From a virus (Duplodnaviria > Caudoviricetes): 64,000 nt of DNA. The stretch is from IMG/VR virus record IMGVR_UViG_3300005937_000014, positions 4,363-68,362 of that record; one strand, written 5' to 3'. The notes beneath the pieces were generated by a model, which worked only from the letters and a program-made list of their open reading frames with translations, was not told where the DNA came from and did not search any database. A program made the position numbers and the translations under genes. The stretch's first letter is position 1; every line of letters begins with the position of its first letter. Below, one piece after another: positions 28,201 to 37,200 of the stretch.

Positions 28201-31200
28201 AGGTGCTGCGTGCGCTCGGTCTGCCGGACGACCTGGAGATCCGCGACGAGGGGCTGCGCGCGCTGCTTGCGAACGGCCGGGTGGACGTGCAGGTATTCCC
28301 GCACCGCGACGAGTACGGCCAGTCAGCCTGGTCGCTCGTGTACGGGCGACCGCGCAGCGACCGCTTCCAGGAGGTCGTGCTCCCGAAGGACAGGGACAGG
28401 CTGGAGGAGGGCGGCGCGAGGGCGGCGGCTGCCCCGCACTTCTTCGATCCCGAGATCGCGGAGATCGCCAACCCGGACTCGCAGGACAAGTACGGGCCGG
28501 ACGCGATGATGGTGCGTCCGAAGGCCGACGCGGGTGAGCGGTTCCTCCAGGATCTCGCGCCCTCCGAGGAGGGCTTCATGTACCGCGGCATGTCGGGCGA
28601 GGAGTACGAGGCGATCCAGCGCAGCGGGATCGTCCAGAGCATCGGGGACTACAACCTCGGCACCGAGCAGGAGGGGCTGACCTTCTTCGGTACGGACGTG
28701 GCGATGGCCGCGAGCTACGCGCACACTTACGCGCCGTACGCCTACAAGGCAACGCCCGAGCGGCCCGCCTACGTGATCAAGGTGCGCAAGCCCGCCGACG
28801 TGAAGCCGGACACGCGCGGCGAGATCGGGATGCCGGGCGCGTTGCCCGCCTCCGAGATCGTGGAGGTCTACGAGGGCCGCGTCTACGCGGTGCAGCCAGC
28901 CAACATCGACCTGGTCGCGAACAGCTACTCCCCGGCCGACGGCTATCGCAGCGGCTCCGGCTACGGCGGCGGCACGGACATCGTCTGGCGGAGGCTCGAC
29001 GTGGCTGCCGCCGCTGCTCCGGCCGAACCGCGCCCGGTCAGGTTCCGGGTGTCGCCGGGGATCGCGAACGAGATCGAGATGTTCGAGAACCTCGACACCG
29101 TCAACACCGAGGAGGACATCCTCCACTTCGCCCAGGAGTGGGGGAACAACGCGGCGGCGGAGCAGTTCGTGCGCGCCTGGGTGGCGGCGCGCGGGCGCAA
29201 GCGCGGCGACGGCTCGCTCGACCTGGAGTTGTCCCCGACGGCGACCAACTGGTTCACCACTCGCGCGCTCGACAACGCCATCGACATCTGGGAGGGCAAC
29301 GCCGACGTGGGCTACAACGCCCGCGCGAGCCGCGCGTTCATCCGGGCGGGCCGCTCGCTGATGACAAAGCTCCAGGCGGCGGCTGCGCGGGACGAGACGC
29401 TCTCGACGGGGATCGACACCGCGCAGGCACGGGCGCAACTCGACCGGGTCGAGCTACAGCAGATCATCGACGGCGAGCATCGGCGCGTGCATCTCGGCAA
29501 CACCGGCACCATCGAGCGCGCGCACGAGGCGGGCTGGAGCGACACCGAGGTGCTCCAGGTCGCGCGCGAGTTCACGGACGCGCTCGATGATTACGACGAG
29601 GTGCTGCAAGACCCGCGCTTCCAGCGGGTGCTGCGCTGGGGCCGGGACGGCAGGCTGGCCGACTCGGCGGCGGAGGGCTTGCTCAACCTCGGCACCAAGC
29701 GGGTCGGGATGACACTGCTCCGAGACGACAACCAGTCGCGCGACGGCTGGGGTGTCACAGACCTGAACGCCACCTCGGCTCGGGTAGACACGCGCAGGCC
29801 CGGCGTGCGGACGGCCGACACGCGCGACGAGCGGATCGGCAGCGAGTGGGCAGCCGACCCGCGCTACACGGCGATCCACGAGGCGCACCACATGCACGGC
29901 TCACGCACCGAGTTCGACCTGGGCAGCGAGGTTGCCTTCGCCTACCACGTCAACAAGCGGGGGCTGACCGGAGCGGGGCCGGACTCGATCAAGGTCGAGG
30001 TCGTCAATCGGCTGATCGGCGGCAAGGCTGGCGTGAACAGCCGCGCGTCCCGTGCGGTGCGGGCGCTGTTCGGTGACGACCTGCTCGATGAGTGGGCGCA
30101 GCTTCCCGGCTCGATCTACCGCGACCCGTTCCGGCGGCGCGTGCCGCCCCCGGTGGACAACAGCATCGCCGGGCGCGTGAACGACCTGAACGCCGTCGAG
30201 GGCATGGAGGCCAAGCTCGCCTGGCTGAGCGAGAAGCGCATGGAGGACGTGACCGGCCGGTCGTACGTGCGGCCCGTCGCGGAGGGCGAACGGGTGTTCA
30301 TGCGGATCAACGGCGAGTCGCTCGTGCTTCAGCCGGACGGCAGCGCGCGCGTGCTCGACAGCATGGACGACTACCTGACTCGCAGCGAGGGGATCGAGCG
30401 CGACCCGCTGGAGTTCGCGACCCGCGAGGCTGGCTTCCGCTCGCTCCAGGACGCCGCCTCCGAGATCGCCTTCCTCGACCAAGCCACGGAGATGTACCGC
30501 GACGCCGACGACGCGGCGCTCCTGGAGTTGCAGCGAACGTTCTCGCAGCTTGTCCACGGCAACTCGCTGATGGGGGTGACCGGCGCGCGCGAGGCGCTCC
30601 GCGACGCCGACATGGGGCGCTCCACCCTGACGGACCAGGAGCGGTCGATGCACGAGGGCCGCGAGGCCCGCTACCGCGAGATCAACACGCACGTGGCGAT
30701 GCGCAAGCGCAGCGCGAAGATCGCACGCGAGAAGCAGGCGCAGCGCGAGGCGGCGGAGAAGGGCGTGCTGACGGTCAGCGACGAGGAGTTCGCGGAGATG
30801 CTCGCGAACGCCGGGGACGTGTACGCCGACGCGGGCTACGTGGGCGAGTACAACCCGGACCTGTTCCGCACGAGCGACCTCTCCGGCCAGCCGATCCGCT
30901 ACTACATCACGCTCCCCGACGGCCGCGTCGCGCACCCCGACGAGCTACACGAGTCGCGCCGTCGCGGCAGGCTGGTGGTCGTCCACAACGTTGCCGCGCC
31001 GCTGGAGCGCCCGCGCTACGCCTCCGACGCCCTCTCGGACGGCGTCAAGCAGCGGGTCCGCGAGCGCGGCACGGTCGCCGTGCCCGAGCATGGTCCCTCC
31101 CTTGCTCCGCCGCGGCGAACGGCCGAGGAGGTGAGGCGCGCGGCCTCCATCGACGGGGACGCCGAGCGCCTTTCCTCGGCTGTCGCGGTGTTCTCCGAAG

Positions 31201-34200
31201 CCCTCCCGATAGAACACGATGTGCGCTATACTGAGGGCATGACCGACCAAGAGATCACACCCGTGGTTGAGCGCCCCCATCCGCTGACGACGATCACGCG
31301 GCGCGCTCGGCCTGAGCACCACGCCGCCTGGCGGCTCCGCCGCGACGCGACCGATGCCCGGTTCACCGCCAACGCCTCGAAGCAGTGGGACGGCGACGGC
31401 AACGTCATCGCGCAGGACAACGACCTTGAAGCCACTGCGAACACGGCCGAGCTTGCCGCCTCCGCCGCCGAGGCGCGTGTCGGCGGGCGCGTGTTCCGGT
31501 ACGACTCCTCGCAGCGCGCCAAGCTCGACGCGCAGATCGAGAAGCTCGCGAAGGCGGCGCGCAAGATCGGCCTCGATCCGCCCGTGGTCACCGACCTGGG
31601 CGACGAGACGGTCGAGCACCGCGAGAGCGAGATCGTCCCCGAGGGCGAGGGCGAGCAGCGCATCTACCAGTACGCGATGGTGAGCGGCTCCGAGCCGAAG
31701 ATCGCGGGCTGGGACTTCCTCGCCTCGCTCCAGAACGTCGAGGGGATGAACTTCATTCGCCGGATGCCCGGCTCCGACGAGTCGATCAACCTCGACGCCT
31801 TCCGCGACAGCGAGCCGGTCTGCGACTACTGCAAGACCAAGCGCGACCGCAAGATGACCTACGTCGTCACCAACGAGGAGGAGGGCGTCAAGCGCGTCGG
31901 CTCCTCGTGCATCCGCGACTTCCTCGGACACGGCGACCCGAACGCCATCGCCGCCTACATGGAGCGGTGGCAGGAGATGCTGGCCTTCTCGGACGAGGAG
32001 GACGACGAGGAGCGTGGCGGAGGCGGAGGCACGAGGCGGCTCGTGCCGACCGAGGCGTACCTGACGCACGTGGCGACGATGGTGCGCACGAATGGCTGGG
32101 TGTCCCGCTCGGCCATGAGCGGCCAGGCGACCGCCGACGAGGCCGACTCGAACTACTACCACTGGAGCCGCCAGAACACGAACAAGCAGGGCCAGCCGAT
32201 GTGGGTCGAGCCGACCGACGCCGACCGCGAGCGCGCGAAGGCGGCGCTGGCGTGGGTGCGCGAGCACATCGGCGCGAAGGTCCACCAGACGAGCGACGCG
32301 AGCGAGTTCGAGCACAACATGTACGTCGCCTCGCGCGGCGAGCACGTGCCGGAGCGCGGCTCGGGCTACCTCGCCTACGTGGTCGTCGCGCACGCCAAGC
32401 ACGAGGAGCGCGAGATCGAGCGGCGCAAGCGCGCCGAGGTCGAGGCCGACTCCAAGCACGTCGGCAGCGTGGGCGACCGGCTGAACGTGCGGGCCACGGT
32501 CATGTCCGTGTTCGAGCGCGACGGCGACTACGGCGTCACCTACATCACGAAGCTGATGGACGACGACGGCAACGTCTACAAGTGGTTCGGCTCCTCGGAG
32601 CTTGAGCGCGGCAAGGTCTACGAGGGCAAGTTCACGATCAAGAAGCACGACGAGTTCCGTGGCGTGAAGGAGACGGTGCTCACGCGCCCGAGCGGCCTGG
32701 GCCTGTACGACCCGGACGCTCCCCCGCCCGCCGAGAAGCCGACCAAGGTCGGGCAGCGGGTCGAGGTCAGCGTGTTCTCGAACCGGCTCGGTGGTGACGT
32801 GACGATCACGGTCGAGAAGCTCAAGTCGGGGTTCGCCGTCGAGTACGAGGGGCAGCGCGACGAGGAGGTCTACCGCACCTGGAAGAACGCGCAGGAGTGG
32901 GGCGCGGAGTTCGCTGGGGAAGTGAAGGCGCGCCGCGACTGGGCTGCGGAGAAGCTCGCCGGGCTGCCGGAGGGTACGACGATCAAGGGTGGCTGGCGGA
33001 ACCCGCATACGACGTACCGCGCGGCGACGGGCGGCTATGCCAAAGTGGGCGACCTGATCGCGGTGCGGCCGAAGCGGCCGGGCGAGTACGCGCCTGATAG
33101 CGAATGGGTGATCGCCAACCCGCGCGGCGGCGAGCCGACGCCGGAGGAGGTCAAGTGGGTTCCGGCCGAGATGCTCCCGAACGAGCGCGACCCGGAGAAC
33201 CCGCACATCGGCGTTACGCTCCCCGACGGTGTCACGCGCTGGCTGCCCGAGTCGGACGTGTACGTGCGGCCCTCCGACGTTGTGCGCAGCGAGGGGATCG
33301 AGCGCCCTGACTTCGATGCGGAGTGGGTGGCGAAGTACCGGGCGAAGCCTGCGCGGTCACGTGGGCGCACGCGCGCGAGCGACGTAGCTGGGTACGAGTT
33401 GATGCTGCGCGACCCCGATCTGTCTCACGAGGACAGGCTGCGCTACTCCGCGCGCATCTTGGAGATTCGTGGCGAGCAGGAGAAGGCGGACGCGATGCGC
33501 GAGCGGGCCGGTCTGCCGCGCAGCGAGGGGATCGACCTGCCGAAGTGGCAGGACACGCCCCAGCAGAAGAACGCGCTGCGCACGAACTCGGCTGCCCGGA
33601 AGGTGCGCGAGATGTACCCGTCCGGCACGCACGTGATCGTGACCCCCGGCGCTGGCGCGGAGCCGCGGCCGGGTGCGATGCAGGGCACGGTGCTTCGGCA
33701 CGTGCCGGGCCTGAACGCGCAGGGCGGGCACCTGAACGTCCGCTGGGAGAACGGCGTGGTCGGCAAGATCTCGCCCGGCAGCGTGCGGCCCACGGGGCCG
33801 AGCGTCCGCGAGCAGATCGCCGCCGCCTACGACCGTGGCGACTCGATCATGGCGATGGGCGCGCGGTTCGGCACGGACGAGCAGACGATTGCGCTGATCT
33901 CCTCGGTGACCGGCACGAGCCGCAAGCACCTGCGCGACGTGATGCACGCGCCCGAGATGCCCGCGCCTCCGCCCGCGCTGCTCGGGATGAGCGACGAGGA
34001 GATCAGGGAGCTTGGCGACGCCGACTTGCTGGAGCGTGAGCGCGCGTCGCTGGAGCGGCTGCTCGACACCCCGAACCGCGCGGCGGCTCGACGCGCGAAG
34101 GCGATCAACGACCAGGCCCGCGCCGAGCTTGACCGCCGGAAGATCGACTGGCAGGGGCTGACGCGCAGCGAGGGGCTGGAGCAGCAGCCGACGGAGCCGC

Positions 34201-37200
34201 GGCTGACCGCCAGGCAGCAGCAGATCCTCGACATGCTGCCGGGGCCGGAGGGCGGTACCTCCCCGACCGGCGGCACCCGTGCTGGGCTGGAAGCATCTGA
34301 ACTGGCCGGTCCGCTCGGGATGACCGACCGCGGCGTGCAGCAGGTGCTCTACGCGCTCGTGGATAAGGGGCTGGTCAACTACGACGAGGCGGGCTACTAC
34401 GCGCGTGAGCAGCCGCTGCCTCGGGTCGAGTCCGAGGGACTGCCGCTGCCGGACGCGCCGCCGCTCTCGAACCCGGCGTCGGCGGCGCGCGAGAGCTACC
34501 GCATCGTGTCGCCGGTCATCGGGCCGGACGTGGGCATCCGGGCGCAGGTGCCCGGCGCGGAGATGACGACCGAGACGCTCCGCGACCAGCAGTGGGGCAC
34601 GCGCGGCGACGGCTTCTTCGGCTCCGGCGCATACTTCGCGTCGAGTGCCGACGCGATCCCGAGCCTAGCAAGGGGGCGGGATCTCGTCGGCCTCGACCTG
34701 TCCGGCAAGAAGCTCTACATGCCGCCGAGCGAGGAGAACGCCGACCGGTTGCACAGGTGGCTCGGGGACGTGAACTACTACGCGACCCACGGGGGGATGG
34801 AGGACGACCTGCTGGCCCGCGAGGAGCGGAGCTTCAACGACCCGGAGCTACAGAAGCTCTACGGCGGCGAGCAGGAGGGAACCGCCATCGCAGAGAAGCT
34901 CGCACGCAGCGCGCCGTACGGCCTCTGGCGGCGCGTGAACCCGCCGATGATCGCGGGCGTGATCGAGGCGTCGCGTGCCGACCTGCGGGCCGGTCGGCTG
35001 GACCGCGACACGCCGAGCACGAGGATCATGCGCGCGCTCGGGTACGACGGCGTGGACACCCGGCACCTCCCCGCCCTCGACAACAGCCGCTTCGGCTCGG
35101 TGCTCTACCGCGACCCGGTGTTCCACGAGCCGGTCCCGGTGGACGAGCCGCCGCCCGAGCGCGAGCCGACGCTCCAGCGGCTCACGCACGAGATGCTCGA
35201 CGGGCTGATCGGCGGCAGCGAGCCGGGCGCGCGCGGCAAGGTGATGGACGGCGTCACCTACACCCCGAAGCTCAAGCGGCCGGTGACCGCGCTTGACTTC
35301 CAGGAGCGCGGCGAGATGTGGGTCGGCCCGAGGTTCTACGCGCTCAGCGCAGCCCAGCGCCGCAACGCGCTCGTGAGCGAGTTCGCCCGCGAGATCCGCA
35401 AGGGGGTCGAGGACCAGGAGTGGTTCAACGACCGCTCGAACTGGCCGGACGAGGTCGAGGGCTTCGACGCGGAGGCCGTCTACGAGGAGGCGTTCGACCC
35501 CGTCGCGCCCGAGCGCAGGTGGTCGTGGCTGGAGTCACCGGCAGGCCGCGGGATCATCGCGGAGGCGATCCACCAGGGCTTCCCGGTCGCGCCCGAGGTC
35601 GAGCAGCGGCTCGCGCACGGCGGCGACCCGACGCCCGAGCCGCCCGAGCCGCCGCCCGCGCCCGACCCGGACACGAACGACGCCGAGTTCGAGCAGATGC
35701 TCCAGCAGTTCCGCGACACCGGGCGCGCCTACGTCGCCATCAACGTCCTGTCCGGCGACGTGAAGGGCATGGATCTCGGCTTTCACCGGGTCGAGTACGA
35801 CGGCAGCTACAACCCGCCCGACGAGCCGGTGAACGTCGTCTACCGGCGTGACGTGTTCCGCAACTTCGACACCGGCCAGACCGTCGTGGTCGTCTCCGAC
35901 AACGACGCGATCATCAGCATCGACGGCACGACGGCGAGCACGAACCTGCCGAGCAACCCCGCGCCCGGCACGGCCGAGCACGTGGCCGCGTCCGTCCTAG
36001 AGCAGCCGCTGCGGAGTGCGCGCGCGCTGCTCGGGGAGGAGGGGTTCCAGCCTGGCGAGAAGTACGGCAAGTGGACGCGCTGGGTGAACCCGGACGGCCG
36101 GGCCATCGTCATGCGGCACGACAGGAAGATCGACGCGGCCTACCCGGATGTGCCGACCAGGCAGGAGGTCGAGTGGGCGCTCTCGCAGTTCGTGCAGGAG
36201 GACGACTTCGGCGGCTACCGGGTCGGCGTCAACTTCGCTGACCACCACGACGCGCTGGACGACATCGACTCGGGCTGGACGATGAGCGACTTCACGCCCG
36301 ACCCCGGCGGCAACGTCTACACCTATCGGCACGAGGAGAAGGCCGCGATCAGGATTCGCGTTGCCTCCGACGGCACCGTGGCGCAGATCGGCAGGCCCGA
36401 CCTGAGCGACACGCTGCGGATCGTCTCCGACAACGAGTACCAGCAGATGCTCCTGGCACGTGACGAGCAGGCCGACACCGCCGAGGCGTTCGCGCAGACG
36501 CTCGTCGGCCTCTCCCGCCAGCAGTTGTACGAGCGCCGGGAGTTCCAGTCGGGCTTCGGGGAGGAGTTGAACCGGCCGTACTACCACGGCGTGCTCGGGC
36601 CGGTCAGCGGCAACCAGCCGGGCACCGCGGTCTACTTCAACCACGGGGCGGGGCGCTCGCTGACGCTGGAGTTCGACAACGCGGGCTTCATCACGAGCGC
36701 GAGCGGCAGCGAGTTCAGCTACCCGACCGGGCACGAGATCGGCGGCGGCACGAGCAGGGGCGAGGAGATCGCGGACAACCTGCGCGGGAACCCCTACCCG
36801 CAGGACCGGCGCTCGTTCGCGTACTACCTGACCTCGAACGGCTACGAACTCTCGTCGGGGAGCGGCGGCGAGGGCGGCGCGTGGGAACGCTGGATTCACC
36901 CGCAGCGCGGCGACAGCATCCTCACCGAAGCCGCAGGCCCGCCGCTCCGCGAGGGCGACCCGGACTGGCAGGCAGGGACGCTCTCAGCGATCTACGCGAC
37001 CGAGGACACCCCGGCCGTGATGCTCACCCGCGCACGCGGCAGCCGCTACCGCTACCACCCCGAGGAGATGGTCGGGCAGCCGCACACCGAGGTCGTGGCG
37101 GCGCTCAACGTGAGCCAGTACCGGAAGGTCAGCGAGGCGCTCGGCGGCGACCCGAACGTCCACGAGTTCTCCGCCCAGAACGGCAGCGAGGTGCTCCGCT

